Shown here in pieces: positions 1 to 10,759 of a DNA stretch of 20,000 nucleotides. Each line of letters starts with the position of its first letter. Position 1 is the stretch's first letter. The notes below the pieces were generated by a model. That model saw only the letters and a program-made list of their open reading frames with translations, made no database searches and had not been told where the DNA came from. Both the position numbers and the translations under genes were made by a program. The DNA comes from Chiloscyllium plagiosum (Eukaryota). Location: positions 7,500,246 through 7,520,245 of the forward strand of contig NC_057756.1 in the NCBI RefSeq assembly GCF_004010195.1. Reading direction: 5' to 3'.

Positions 1-2189
1 GAATAGTTATGGAGAGGGACACAACTGGCCCACAGGTTCAATGTCTAAATTGGGGCAAGGAGAATTTTGATGGAGTTAGACAGGAGCTTGCAGGGAACAG
101 TTTATTTGCCGGCAAAGGGATGTTTGGCAAGTGGGAGGTGCTTAAAAATGAGATAGCTCGAGCTGAAGGTCTATGTGTTCCTGTGAGGGTGAAGGGCAAG
201 TTTGGTACGAATATGATGAAAAGACATATTGAGGCTTTGACCAGAAAAAAACAAAGGAGGTATGGCTCAGGTACAGGAAGCCGGTACCAAGGGAATCCCT
301 GGAGATATCTAGAAAGTACAGGCGTTTACTGAAGTAGGAAATCGGCTGAGCAAAAAAGGGGCACGAGATTGCCTTGGCTGAAAAGATGAGGGTGAATCCA
401 AAGAGTTATTTTAAATATATTAAAGAAAATTAAAGGAAATTGAATGCTGAGAGTGAGAATAGGTCCCGTTAAGGATCAAAGTGGAAATGTATGTGTAGAG
501 ATGGGTGAGATTCTCATGGATTATTTCTGCTTGTTGGAAACTTGTGAAGTTAGTTGTGATATCTTGGGGACAGTCCATATTTCAGCAGAGGAGGTGCTGG
601 ATGCATTACAATGTATCAAGGTGGATAAATCTCCTGGTCCTGATCAGATTTATTCACAATTGCAAGAGGCTTGAGAGCAATTTCAGTGACCCTGGCTAAT
701 CTTTTTGCATCATCGTTAGCCACGAATAGGTTCCCAGAAGACTGGACGTTAGCCAAAGTTGTACCATTATTCAAGAAGGGCTGCAAAGGAAAACCTGGGA
801 ACTATAGACCAGAAACCCAAACATCTGTGGTCGGAAAGTTATCCTTGAGAAGATTCTGAGGCATAAGATTTCGACACATTTGGAAAGATTGGGTTTTATG
901 TGGAGTAGTGAGCTTGGCTTTTTGACTGGGAGATCATGGTTGTCAAATTTGTTGGAGTTCTTTGATGAAGTGAGCAGAACGTTTGACGAGGGCAGAGCGA
1001 TAGATGTAGTCTATATGGATTTTAGTAAGGCCTTTTATAAGGGTCCACATGGTAAGCTATTCTGAAAGGTCAGTTCGCAAGGAATCCAGGGCGAGCTGGC
1101 AAATTGCATACAAAATTGGCTTAATGGTGCGAAGCAGAGGTTAATAGTGGAAGGATGCTTGTTGAACTGGAGACCTGTGATTAGTAGAGTACCTTAAGGT
1201 TTGGTGCTGGACCCATTACTGTTTTATATAAATTATTTGGATGAGAATGTACAAGGCATGATTAGTAAGTTTGCAGCTGACACTAAAATAGGCAGTATTG
1301 TGGACAGTGAAGAAGATTATCAAAAACTGCAGCAGTACCTTGGCCAGCTGGGCAAGTGGGCTGTGAAATGGCAAATAGATTTTAACATCAATAGATGTGT
1401 GGACTTGCATTTTGTAAAGTCAAGCCAAGGTAGGAGGCTCATGGTGAATGGTAGGGCCTTCAGGAGTGCAGTGGAACAGAGGCATCTTGGAGTTCAGGTT
1501 CACATTTCTCTGAAAGTGGAGTCACAGGCAAATAGGGCAGTGAAGAAAGCATTTAGTACACTGGCCTTCATCAGGCAGAGCATTCAGCATTGAAGTTGGG
1601 AAGTTATGTTTCACATGTACAGGACATTTGTAAGACCGCACTTGGAGCATTGTGTTCAATTTTGGTCAGCTTGCTATTGGAAGGATGTTATTAAACTGGA
1701 AAGCTTGCAGAAGGAATTTACAGAGATGTTGCCAGCACTCAATGGCCTGGGTTATAGGGAGAGGTTGAACAAGCTTGGACTTTTTTCTTTCAAGTCGAAG
1801 ATCTTGAGGTGGTGGGGGATTTATCGAGGTGTATAAGATCATGAGGGGCACAAATAGGGTGAATGCACTCAGTCTTTTTCCCAGGGTTGAGTCATCGAGG
1901 ACGAGAGGGCAGAAAGGTTCGAGGGGAAATAATAAAAAGTGGCAAGTTTATTTTACACAGAAGGTAGTACGCAAATTAAATGAGCTGTCAGTGGAAGCGG
2001 TTGAGGTAGGTACATTAACAACATTTAAAAGGCATTTGGACAAATAAATGGATAGGAGTGGGTTAGAAGGATATAGTCCAAGTGGAGGGAAATGGAGTTA
2101 GAGTGGATGGATATTTTGCTCGCCATGGGCCTGTTTGGGCCAAAGACCCTGTCTCCGTGTGGGGGATTCTCTGACTATATGACTCGATG
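1..2189 (+). mobile_element. Decayed CR1-clade LINE (ORF2 reverse transcriptase region to 3' tail), cut by the window edge at its 5' side
   Basis: Broken ORFs give ordered CR1 ORF2 motifs: KSPGPDQIY, PEDW..AKVVPLFKKG..PGNYRP, DVVYMDFSKAF..PH, ISKFAADTKI (FADD decayed), VRPHLEHCVQFW, TFKRHLDK. They are followed by a 3' UTR and a degenerate (CTATGACT)n-like tail at ~2170-2189. Many stops and frameshifts. Confidence 0.93.
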
Positions 2190-2413
2190 TGAAGTAGGAA
2201 GAATATCCCAGAGGATGAAGGAGCAGCAAAGTTCATGATTTTAGCTTAGAATCTACTGAGGGATTTCAAACCATTCCAGTGTAGCTATTTTTGCATGACT
2301 AGTGGGAAAAGAACATTGATTGAATGGAAACATTAAAACAAAGGTGTTTCATTTAATTAATTTTGAGTTCAGTGTAGGTAGAGGTAGGTGTAGTTCTCAA
2401 TAACTGGTGCTAT

Positions 2414-2720
2414 CAGAACCAAGGGCTCATAGGACAAGAAATAGATCATTTTGGACAAAGATAGCAAGTCATTTATTCACCCAGAGCATGGTGATACCAA
2501 GGAATCCTCTGCCAAAGAAAGTGGTTGATTCCAAAACTTTGGACGTTTTCAAGAAAGCAATCGATATATTTTTATTAAGCTAAAGTGATTAAAGGATGTC
2601 AGGAGAAAGCGGTGAGCAGAGTCCTGAATTGTATGATCGGCCATCATTAATATTGGGTTGTGAAGTAGATTTGAAAGACCGAATGGACTCACCCTACTCA
2701 TATATTGCATGTCTCTGTGT
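2414..2720 (+). mobile_element. Old CR1-type LINE 3' fragment
   Basis: Contains ttcacccagagcatggtg...ggaatcctctgcc...ttcaagaaagcaatcgatatattt and ends in gaccgaatggactcaccctactc, the typical CR1 3' end pattern. Boundaries approximate. Confidence 0.7.
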
Positions 2721-2859
2721 TTGATTGAGATGCCTCCGTAGAAGCAGCAGCACCTTATGAGCTTAAGCTGTTGTATTACTTTGGTTGTTTAGCTCAGGTC
2801 GCTGGATCTGTCAAACACAAGTATTGGTTTCAATCTCTGTCGGAGTTTGAAAGCTGGTA

Positions 2860-3117
2860 TTGATTTATGAAAATGACGGGCATTTTTTTCGTACAAATGG
2901 TGGTGTCTGTATGGAATGAGATGCCAGATGAGGTGATAGAGGCTGGGACAATTATAACACAGAACAGGCATCTGGATGGGTATATGAATATGATGTATTT
3001 CGTGGGATTTGGGCCAAGTGCTGGTAAATGAGACAAGGTCAGAGAGGGAGGTCTGGTCAGCATGAATCGGTTTGACTGAAGGGTCTGTTTCCGTGCTGAA
3101 CAACTGCATGATTTCTG
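2860..3117 (+). mobile_element. CR1/HER1-type LINE 3' fragment
   Basis: gtatggaatgagatgccagatgaggtgatagaggctgggacaatt...ggcatctggatggg...gactgaagggtctgtttccgtgctg matches the other CR1 3' ends in the window (5580-5785, 18030-18240). Confidence 0.85.
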
Positions 3118-3315
3118 CAATTCATTGCTCACAGGGATTGTTCTATCAATGAGTCACTAAGGGTATAAGCCTTCTCTTTGATATTTTCTTATGAAGTCAG
3201 AACGAAATAATTTGAATGCAACAGGGACTTAATATCTCGGTGGTAATATATTTTCCATAACAGGTTAGAAATACGAATGATGCAACTTTAACATTCCCTT
3301 GAGAATCTGAAAGAG

Positions 3316-3322
3316 TATAAAA
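3316..3322 (+). promoter_or_regulatory. Candidate TATA box of the GPCR gene
   Basis: TATAAAA starts 87 nt upstream of the likely ATG (3403), in non-repeat sequence. Positional inference only. Confidence 0.3.
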
Positions 3323-3402
3323 TGGTTTCTGAACACAGTAATACGATGTTCAACTCGAAGGTTTTGGTTTCACCACCCAGGATTAGAACTTTCACATGCA
3401 AA

Positions 3403-3469
3403 ATGCTGCAGTTGTTCACCATTGTTGATAAAGTATATTACATCACTATTGCTGCTATTGGCGTCCCTG
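3403..3469 (+). CDS. Coding exon 1 of a GPR139/GPR142-like class A GPCR (copy 1)
   Basis: gcaaaATG gives MLQLFTIVDKVYYITIAAIGVP + G, followed by a consensus donor G|GTAAGT at 3470. The phase-1 junction joins in frame to the acceptor at 6657 to complete TM1 (AAIGVPV-DTLAIVIL). In-frame upstream ATGs at 3322 and 3346 are alternative starts. Confidence 0.82.
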
Positions 3470-3477
3470 GTAAGTCC

Positions 3478-3828
3478 TTTTTTTATGATTCATTCATAGG
3501 ATGTGGGCATCGCCGGCTAGGCCAGCATTTATGGCTCAGAGGGGAGTTTAGGAGTCAGACACATTGCTGTAGGTCTGGAGTCGCATGTTGGTCAGACTAG
3601 GTAAGGATTGCACTTTCCTTCCCGAAAGGACATTAGTGGGCTAGACCGATTTTACCAAAAATCAACAATGATTCATGATTGTCATTAAACTTCTAATTCC
3701 AGATTTTTGTTTACGTTGAATTCAAATTCCATCATCTACCATAGGGAGTCAAATCTGGGTACCCAGTACATTATCGGGGTCTCTGGATTAATAGTCCAGT
3801 GATAATGTTGTGATGCAATTCCCTTCCC
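3478..3828 (-). mobile_element. tRNA-derived SINE (SlmI/MetaSINE-like), antisense in the intron
   Basis: The minus strand reads a decayed tRNA-like head (...ATTATCACTGGACTATTAATCCAGAGACCC...), a central CACTAATGTCCTTTCGGGAAGGAAAGTGCAATCCTTACCTAGTCTGACC block, and a tail GATGCCCACATCCTATGAATGAATCATAAAAAAA. The family name is from recall. Confidence 0.75.
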
Positions 3829-4036
3829 TTAGCCGAACTTTGAAAGTTGCATCAATCTGTGCAATGGAATGCCATGCGAACGTGCTTACAGTTTGCTCAA
3901 AGTATTTACCAATTGTTTTCACTGCAGGTCAGTTAGCGCTGCCATCATCGGACATGCATTATCAGGATTGTTGCAAGTTTTGACTGGAACTTAATGATAG
4001 GAGAATCTCTGTGAGCAGTAGATTGCAGCGATCGGA

Positions 4037-4080
4037 GACTCATAGAGTTATACAACACAGAAACACAGCCTCCAGTCAAG
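4037..4080 (-). mobile_element. Very short CR1 3' tail fragment
   Basis: catagagttatacaacacagaaaca is the reverse complement of the CR1/HER1 terminal tgtttc.gtgctgta..actctatga motif. Confidence 0.55.
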
Positions 4081-4087
4081 CCAGCTA

Positions 4088-4760
4088 TTAAAATGGTGGC
4101 AAGATAAGACACTGTAGTCAGACCGCCTGTCTCTCCAGTTCCTTTTCCTTGTCCTTCCTTTCTTGTCACCAGTTTGCAGTATTTTTTCACACACCCACCT
4201 CTCACCCCCGCCCAACCCTGAAACTTTTAGCTACCCCAGCTGGGGAATGGAGATGAGTCATGACTGGATACACGACAGGGGTGAGCAGGGACGAAGACAC
4301 GGAATGAATCCTCAGGTTACGGCAGTAGGAAATCTTTTTCCCAGAACGGCATGTGGGGAATCTTGACTCCCAGAGTGGTAAGCGGGGAATCCCAAGTTCC
4401 AGAGCAGCATGATGTGAAGCGTCACTAATCTTGTTGCTGCTGAGTGTCGGTGAAGGATTGGGCTGAATGTTGGAGAGATGGGGGACACTTGTGGGCCCTC
4501 GCACCATGTGCTGAGCTGCTGCTGTTGTAATGCTTTACCGGGCTGTAATGTAAACAGCTACCTCATTCCTAACTATACTCAGACACTGTCAGTAATGCTA
4601 CTGCTTCCCTTTTGAAGCTCTTTAGTATAATATCACTGTACTTTTTTTACTCTGTGCGATTTGTACTTGTACCAAAGATGGTATCATTAATTGGCAGCTA
4701 TTGTAAAATCTTTCCACTGTACTCCTGTACTTCTGTACTGGAGGATAAGTGACAACAAAG
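4088..4760 (+). mobile_element. Probable non-autonomous retroposon with an L2/Rex1-like 3' end
   Basis: GC-richer block that starts aaaatggtggc (decayed AAGATGGCGGC) and ends ctttccactgtactc...gtgacaacaaa (decayed GTGACAATAAA tail). No coding signal. Family uncertain. Confidence 0.45.
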
Positions 4761-4801
4761 GATATTAATTATGTATAGTTCTGTTGAGTTGATGACGTGC
4801 A

Positions 4802-7293
4802 AGGAAGACGTTTCCTTGCTTAACACATCTTATTCGAATTATCTTGTTGAACAATTAAGATTTCTCTTTTCAAAGAATAGTTTAGAGAAAGAAGCGCTAA
4901 TATTTCCTAATCTCAGTGAGTTACAGGATGCAGTAAAATGTGTTCACTAACACATCGCCAGTACTGAGGATGTTTTCCAGTCTTCAACATAATTAGTGAT
5001 TCGAAATGTAGTTTCCAAAAATGTAGATAAATATGAGGAGCTAAATTTTAAAAAGGCATATTAGAGCAGGACTTCTTCACTATTTGTCATGGGTCCTGAG
5101 GACTACTGCCTGGCAAACAGATCTTGGAATGCACGTACATAGTTCCTTGAAAGTGGAGTCGCTCATAGACAGGATAGTAAAGGAAGTGTTTAGTTCACTT
5201 GGCTTTAATGGGCCGTGCATTGAGTGTAGGAGTTAGGACGTCATGATGTGGCTGTACACAACATTGGTTCAGCCACTTCTGGAAAACTGCCATTATTCCT
5301 GTTCTCCCTGTGGTAGGAAAGATGCTGTTAAACCTGAAAGTGTTCAGAAAATATTTACAAGGATGTTAACAGGGACTGCAAGTCTGAGCTGTAGGGAGAG
5401 GCTGGATAGGCTAGGCTGTGTTCCCTGGAGCATCGAAGGCTGAGGGGCATGGATAGAGAGTGAATACTCAAGGACTTTTCCCCAGGGTAAGAGAGCCCAA
5501 AGTCTGAGGGCATTGGTTTAAGGTGAGAGGGGCAAGATTTAAAAGGGATCTAAGGTGCAACTTTTTCAAGCAGAGCGTGACGTGTGTATGGAAAGAGCTG
5601 CTAGAGGAAGTGGTGGAGGCTGGTACAAGTACAACATTTAAAAGGCATCTGGATGGGCAAATGCAAAAAAAGGTTTAGTGGGATATTACCTACATACTGC
5701 TAATGGGACTAGATTAATTTGGAATATCTGCTCAGCATGGATGAGTGGACTGAAGGGTCTGTTTCTGTGCTATTCTCAGAGTGACTGAAAGCAATTGCTG
5801 GAGTGTAGCATTGACAGCTGGTTGTGTGCAAAGAGAAAATAAACCATTTGTAAGAACAAGTTAAAATATATACTTTCTCACTTGAAAGAATTCTTCGTTT
5901 TGTCTTATCCTTTGTTAAATTGTTCGATCCATTGACAGCTCTGCTTGGTTATCTTGATGTTCATCAGTGGTTTCATTTGTCTAACAGCAAATTTCAGTTT
6001 CTCAATGGATATCCTTCATCTGTCCAAATCCCAACATCAGATCCACTTGTTGATTGGGTGTGGATCTGATATCTTTTTGCAGGTGCCAATGTTGTCATAT
6101 TCTTGTCAAACATTGTTTAATAAAGTGTCTGTCCTGTAAGGCAGGATTATGACATGTAATGTTCTCAGAGCCATGATTCTGGGCACTATGTTTTTAATAC
6201 GGATATCATTCTATGTCAGCTTGCAATGTGAACATGTGAAAATGAGCCCTTGTAATATTTACATCCGTAACTCTTTGGCTGGGAGAATAGCTTCGTTAAT
6301 TGTTTAGAACACAGAAGTGAAATGGACAGTTTGCTATCCTGCTCATATTTCTGATCTTCCATTCATGGAATGATGTCAGTTAAGCTGATACAACATGTGC
6401 AACCTGATTCTGCACACAGCAGTAACATATTCCACTGACCACTTTCCACCAACATCGCGATTTTGCAGTACTTCATTTTGAACACCGTACACCCACTCCC
6501 TTTGTTTACTGGATGCAGCTAAACATGCAATGGAATCAGGATGAAAATTATTTTTACATTTCAATATTCTTCCTGACTGCCCTAATGTCTTCTCGATTCA
6601 AATAGAAACCTGTTTGACGTACAATTACAAAACTAATTTCAGTTTTCTTTCTTACAGTTGACACATTGGCAATTGTAATCCTGTCTCAAGGAAAATGCGG
6701 CCTCTCCAGACGCACTACTCATTACCTGGTCGCCATGGCAACAGCGGACCTGATGTTCATCATCACTGACGTTATATTGTATCAACTAAATCAGTACTTT
6801 TACCAGGGATCATTCCTATATCTTACACCTGCATGCATTGTGATTCACTTCCTGGTTTATGTGAGTTCAGACTCTTCTGTCTGGTTCACTGTCACTTTCT
6901 CCGCTGATCGGTTTGTGACCATTTGTTGCCGGAAACTGAAACTGAAATATTGTACAGTGAAAACAGCAAATGTTATTCTTTCAACAACCTGCATTCTTTT
7001 CTCTCTAAAAAGTATTCCCATTGTCATGACACGGGAAACTATGATTGTGGTTGACAATGTACATTGGTCTTGTCAAATTAAGGACAGCTATTACACAGAA
7101 CTCGGGTGGATAGTTTATGACTGGTTTCAGAAGGTGTTAACACCATTACTCCCATTCAGTTTAGTTTTACTCTTCAATGCATTGACAGTCAGATACGTGT
7201 TAGTGGCGAATCGGATCCGTAAAAGATTGAGGAGTCAGAACACGGAAGAGAAGTGCAGCGATCCTGAGATGGAGAGCAGAAGGAAGTCAATGA
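4802..7293 (+). repeat. Segmental tandem duplication unit A (3' part of the intron plus exon 2), paralogous to 17136-19757
   Basis: Colinear similarity from tccttgcttaacacat (4813 vs 17148) through the shared CR1 fragment, unique intron sequence, the acceptor and the exon up to agaaggaag.caatgat. Confidence 0.93.
5003..5785 (+). mobile_element. CR1/HER1-type LINE 3' fragment in the intron
   Basis: Encodes decayed LYTTLVQPLLENC...ESVQKIFTRML...RERLDRLG. Ends in gactgaagggtctgtttctgtgct. Confidence 0.88.
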
Positions 7294-7568
7294 TTTTACT
7301 GTTCACTATATCGGGTAGCTTTATATTGTTGTGGTCACCCTATGTGATAATTTTCATATATTATCAAATTGCAGCACTTGATCCCAAATATTACAACAAT
7401 AGTTTGCATGTATTTGAAAGAATTGGATACATGCTGCTAAGTTTGAGTTGCTGCGCAAATACGTTTATTTATGGAGTAACTCAGTCAAAGTTCCGGGAAC
7501 AGTTCATTCGCTCTGTAAAATACCCACTGACTGCAATCAATCGAGTCTTTACTTTTAGAATGAATTGA
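6658..7568 (+). CDS. Main coding exon 2 of a probable G-protein coupled receptor 139-like (rhodopsin family 7TM) gene; spliced product 325 aa
   Basis: Uninterrupted ORF with hydrophobic TM segments: TM2 YLVAMATADL, Cys at the top of TM3 (TPAC), SVWFTVTFSADRF (DRY-like), ECL2 Cys (WSC), TM5 LTPLLPF...N, TM6 FILLWSP, TM7 SCCANTFIY (NPxxY variant) and helix 8 SKFREQF. The GKCGLS..T.YL and SVW.TV...DRF signatures fit the GPR139/GPR142 group. Confidence 0.93.
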
Positions 7569-8386
7569 TTTAGATCTTTAAGACAGTGCCACATACGACT
7601 GTTTTCCTAAGTGTAGCATTGAATAGTAAATGTCAATGACATTATTTGTATCAAGAATGTTGGGTCATATGAAATTATTAACAGCATTCCATTCAATTAG
7701 ATGTTACTTTGATTTGTATTTATAATACTGAGACAAGATTTTTAATCTTCACTTGATGGAAGCGTAACAAACCATTTGTTCAAGAAAGCAGCCACAGACA
7801 CAGAGGAAAATCTCCAACAAATCGACAGTCAGAAGTGAATTAAGCAGATTGCATTCCATCAAAGAGGTCGCACCGAATTTAACCACGGGGCCCCTCATTA
7901 GTGTTAGCAGTGAATTGCAAACGAGTCCACTCACATTCTGTCTGCTCCATTTCAGTTTTGTTTTGCAAAAACCTTACCTCTCATTTCATTTACCTCAGAA
8001 ATGATCTGTTAGTGTCCGAAATTATGTTATTATTGAACAGCTCAGACACGAAACAGAAATCAGGATTGCTTGTTCATGTTTATTTCCTTTCTCATTTAAC
8101 GTGGTCGGCTTTCAGTGAAAGATAAGTCTGCAACTCTGCACAATTGGTTTTAATAATGAAAAAGGACAGGATTAAAGTCAATGAAAATAATGAGAAAGTA
8201 TCTGTGCTCTTCACATACAAGAAAGTTTAAAAAATTTCAAAGGATATGACAAAAATATTTTGCCATTTCGCTTTACTGTACTCAAATGAGAGAGTTTCGT
8301 TCTGTGCAACATCTATAGCTCTGACTTAGCTGCTTCTTTCACTTCCTGTTCTTGGTACTTTGTTAAACTGCCTTTTGATTATCACA

Positions 8387-8694
8387 CAACGGTGACTCAG
8401 TGGTTAGCACTGATGCCTCACAATGAGAAGGACACGGGTTCAATTCCTGCATCGGGCAACTGTGGAGTTTGCACATTCTCCCCGTGTCTGCGTGGGTTTC
8501 CTTCGAGTGCTCCGCTTTCCTTCCACAATCCAAAGATGGTCAGGTCAGGTGAATTGCCTATACTGTTAGTTGCATTAGTCAGTGGTAAATAGAAGATAGG
8601 GTCTTGGATCTGGGTGGGTTACTTTTCAGAGGGGCGGTGTGGACTTGTTGTGCTGAATGGCCTGTTTCCACACTGTAAGGAATCTAATCTCAAA
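8387..8694 (+). mobile_element. HE1-type tRNA-derived V-SINE
   Basis: A box TGACTCAGTGG (8393-8403), B box GGTTCAATTCC (8437-8447), V-domain tgtggagtttgcacattctccccgtgtctgcgtgggtttcc, LINE-derived 3' end ggcctgtttccacactgta and an (ATCTA)n tail. Confidence 0.92.
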
Positions 8695-8912
8695 ATACTT
8701 AGCAGCAAAGGACCAGACCTGATTTGTAACCAAAGATCTCTGGCCTGGAATTTTCACATTACTACACTTGTAGTAGGATAACAGTTTCAAACTGTTCTGA
8801 ATGAATTCTTGCCTGGAAGCAAATCTGTTTCAAACTTACCTTCTTCCAGGCTCTGTGAACTGCCATCAATGCCACACATGTTACGTTTCTCATTTCACAA
8901 GAAAATCTTGTT

Positions 8913-9138
8913 ACAGATTCAATCAATAAGCACATCGACCTGGACCCAATATACCGACCACTGCAACGGAAAGCTGGAACTGACAACCGGAAGCGGCAGA
9001 TTCAAACCACTATAAATGCCGGAGGAAAGATCACAGAAGCGCTTCACAGGGAGGCTCCCAAGCACTGAGGATGTCACCTAGACAGGGGACAAAACGTCTG
9101 CAACACATATTCCCATCTCGGCGAACACATCCACAACA
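8913..9138 (+). mobile_element. Penelope-like element 3' end / pseudo-LTR fragment
   Basis: Translates TDSINKHIDLDPIYRPL, resembling the C-terminus after the PLE GIY-YIG domain. Carries a hammerhead-like motif. Same family as 10660-10743 and 19885-20000. Confidence 0.75.
9062..9101 (+). ncRNA. Degenerate minimal type I hammerhead ribozyme motif
   Basis: GCA-CTGAGGA-T-GTCACC-TAGACA-GGGGAC-AAAA-CGTC-TGC: stem I GCA/TGC, core CUGANGA, stem II, palindromic ACGT stem III and a GUC site. GAAA is mutated to AAAA. Confidence 0.7.
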
Positions 9139-9139
9139 T

Positions 9140-9323
9140 TCTCCTTTAGGATCAATTCTAACAATTTTGCCTTAAGAGTCACCAGGCTAACTAACCTACA
9201 TTTCCTGCTTTCCATAACCTTCCCTTCTTCAAAGAAAAACTTAGTTACTTTGTAATCTCATTGAACCTTCCCAGATTTGGTTCTGAATTTTAGAATATTG
9301 ACACCAACACATCTATTATCTCA
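9140..9323 (-). mobile_element. Old CR1 RT fragment
   Basis: The minus strand contains aggttagttagcctggtgactcttaaggcaaaattgttagaattgat, a decayed R.VSL....KLLE motif. Confidence 0.55.
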
Positions 9324-9344
9324 TGAGTTAGTGAGAACATGGCG

Positions 9345-9500
9345 TCACAGAACTGCACAGCATGGAAATAAACCCATTAGTCCAACTCATCCGTGCCAAG
9401 CAGATATGCAAAATTAATCTGGTCCTATTGGCCAGCATTTGACCCATATGCCTCTACCCCCTTCCTATTCTTGCACCCACCCAGATGCCTTTTCAACGTT
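9345..9500 (-). mobile_element. CR1/HER1-type LINE 3' fragment
   Basis: Reverse complement of the 3' end seen at 5635-5775 (cagcatggaaa...gtccaactcatcc...cccagatgccttt). Confidence 0.85.
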
Positions 9501-9672
9501 CTTTTAACAGGTTGCATTGGTTAATTCGAGCCACAATTTCTAATTTTCTATGACTTTGACTTAATCAGCACTGACCGACTGAATTGTCACCGACTCACAC
9601 ACAGACAGTCACAGCCTGAGTCCCCTCTGCTGGGGACTGTACATGTTTACACACACAAACTCACACACACAC

Positions 9673-9878
9673 CTTCAGAGAGGACAGTATCGCAGTATCC
9701 CCTTATTGTACATGCCACTTACCCAGCTAGCTCAATACCAGCTCCTTGAGTGAGTAGACCCCCTGATGCTCTTGTTTATGTCAGTCAGTCAGGACTTACT
9801 GTTGAAACAGGTTAACACCCCCAATCAGGGAATTCATATTCTGAGATCCACCTGGCTGACTTTGTTCCAATAACCACA
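9673..9878 (-). mobile_element. Probable decayed solo LTR (Gypsy-type)
   Basis: The minus strand starts TGTGGTTATT...GTCAGCCAGGTGGATCTCAGAATATGAATTCCCTGATTGGGGG, with TATA-like CATAAA and polyA-like AATAAG. It resembles a common shark LTR (recall). The 3' CA end and TSD were not resolved. Confidence 0.5.
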
Positions 9879-10659
9879 ATCGGCCTGCCTCTGTCTTCAT
9901 TGGATAACTGTAGTTTTGTTCAAAATAAATTCATTAAAGACAACTGATTATTTGAGCTCTTTGTCCTCAATGCGACATAGAAAAGTGTCCAATTGACCGT
10001 ATCAGAACAAGATAAAACAATTCCATTTTACTGTGACATCAGAGAGTAAGATGGCCTTCCTACCTGTATTCCCACTACCGTTCTGGTATTACCTTCCCTT
10101 AGAGAAATAGGAACTCAATTGAGCATGAATATGAAATTATCTTTAAATTGCAAAGCAAAGCAATTGTTAAAGAATACTGTATGTCAGTCACAAAAGGAAC
10201 ATGTTTATAAAGAACTAGGATTTATGAAAGGCCAAAAGTATTTCATGGTAGGATTCACCCCGAAACCGTGGCACTGAACCCTACGTAGAAATAATATGAT
10301 AGAGAATCAAAAGTCAACCTTAAACATAGTCCCAAAAGAGAGATTGACAAAGAGAGTTCTGAGACATGCACCTTTAACGATTAAGGAGTCAGCAATGTTG
10401 CAGATTCAGTTGTTGCTGAAAATCTTTAACACAAAGTGCATTTTTGTAACTTTCTAACCAGAGGGTGATGGACACTGATTCACATCATACACACGAGACA
10501 CGTGCAATCTGATGTTGGACAAAGAGGTGGTCATGGTATCATCGGTATGTTACAATGTGGAATTAAAGTCATAATCTTATCAGCTTTGGGCTTAGTCAAT
10601 ATCGGTATAGCCTTTAGATTTCAGATGACCTACCCCTACTGACTCATATGGCCAGATGT

Positions 10660-10743
10660 ACGTTTGCAACACAAATTCCCAGCTCGGCAAACAGACCACA
10701 ACAACGAGCACCCGAGCTACAAATCTTCTCACAAACTTTGAAC
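10660..10743 (+). mobile_element. Penelope-like terminal fragment (sequence downstream of the hammerhead)
   Basis: acgtttgcaacacaaattcccagctcggcaaacagaccacaac aligns to 9094-9137 and 19981-20000 and extends further 3'. Confidence 0.75.
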
Positions 10744-10759
10744 CTGAAGGAGAATCTCA

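Larger units (their letters stand above)
3470..6657 (+). other. GT-AG intron of GPCR copy 1 (3188 nt, phase 1)
   Basis: Donor GTAAGT at 3470. Branch-like CTAAT at 6633-6637, pyrimidine tract and acceptor tttctttcttacAG ending at 6657. The acceptor region is conserved in the paralog (19121-19145). Confidence 0.82.

Noticed and set aside
9..2047. Series of + strand ORFs that could be read as a multi-gene operon or an active RT gene
   Set aside because: They are consecutive fragments of one CR1 ORF2 broken by stops and frameshifts, and the catalytic FADD is FAAD.
6641..6642. Alternative in-frame acceptor AG 15 nt upstream of the main one, also present in copy 2 (19129-19130)
   Set aside because: It lies only about 5 nt after the putative branch A, lacks its own pyrimidine tract and would insert 5 residues into TM1. 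Its presence in both copies is explained by the duplication.
8171..8176. ATTAAA as the polyadenylation signal of the GPCR gene
   Set aside because: A variant hexamer in AT-rich sequence 600 nt past the stop cannot be supported without transcript data.
8393..8447. tRNA gene (A and B boxes)
   Set aside because: No intact cloverleaf, and it continues into the V-domain and LINE tail, so it is a SINE head.
9619..9638. Hairpin AGTCCCC-tctgct-GGGGACT in CA-rich sequence
   Set aside because: An isolated 7-bp stem is plausible by chance, with no supporting context.
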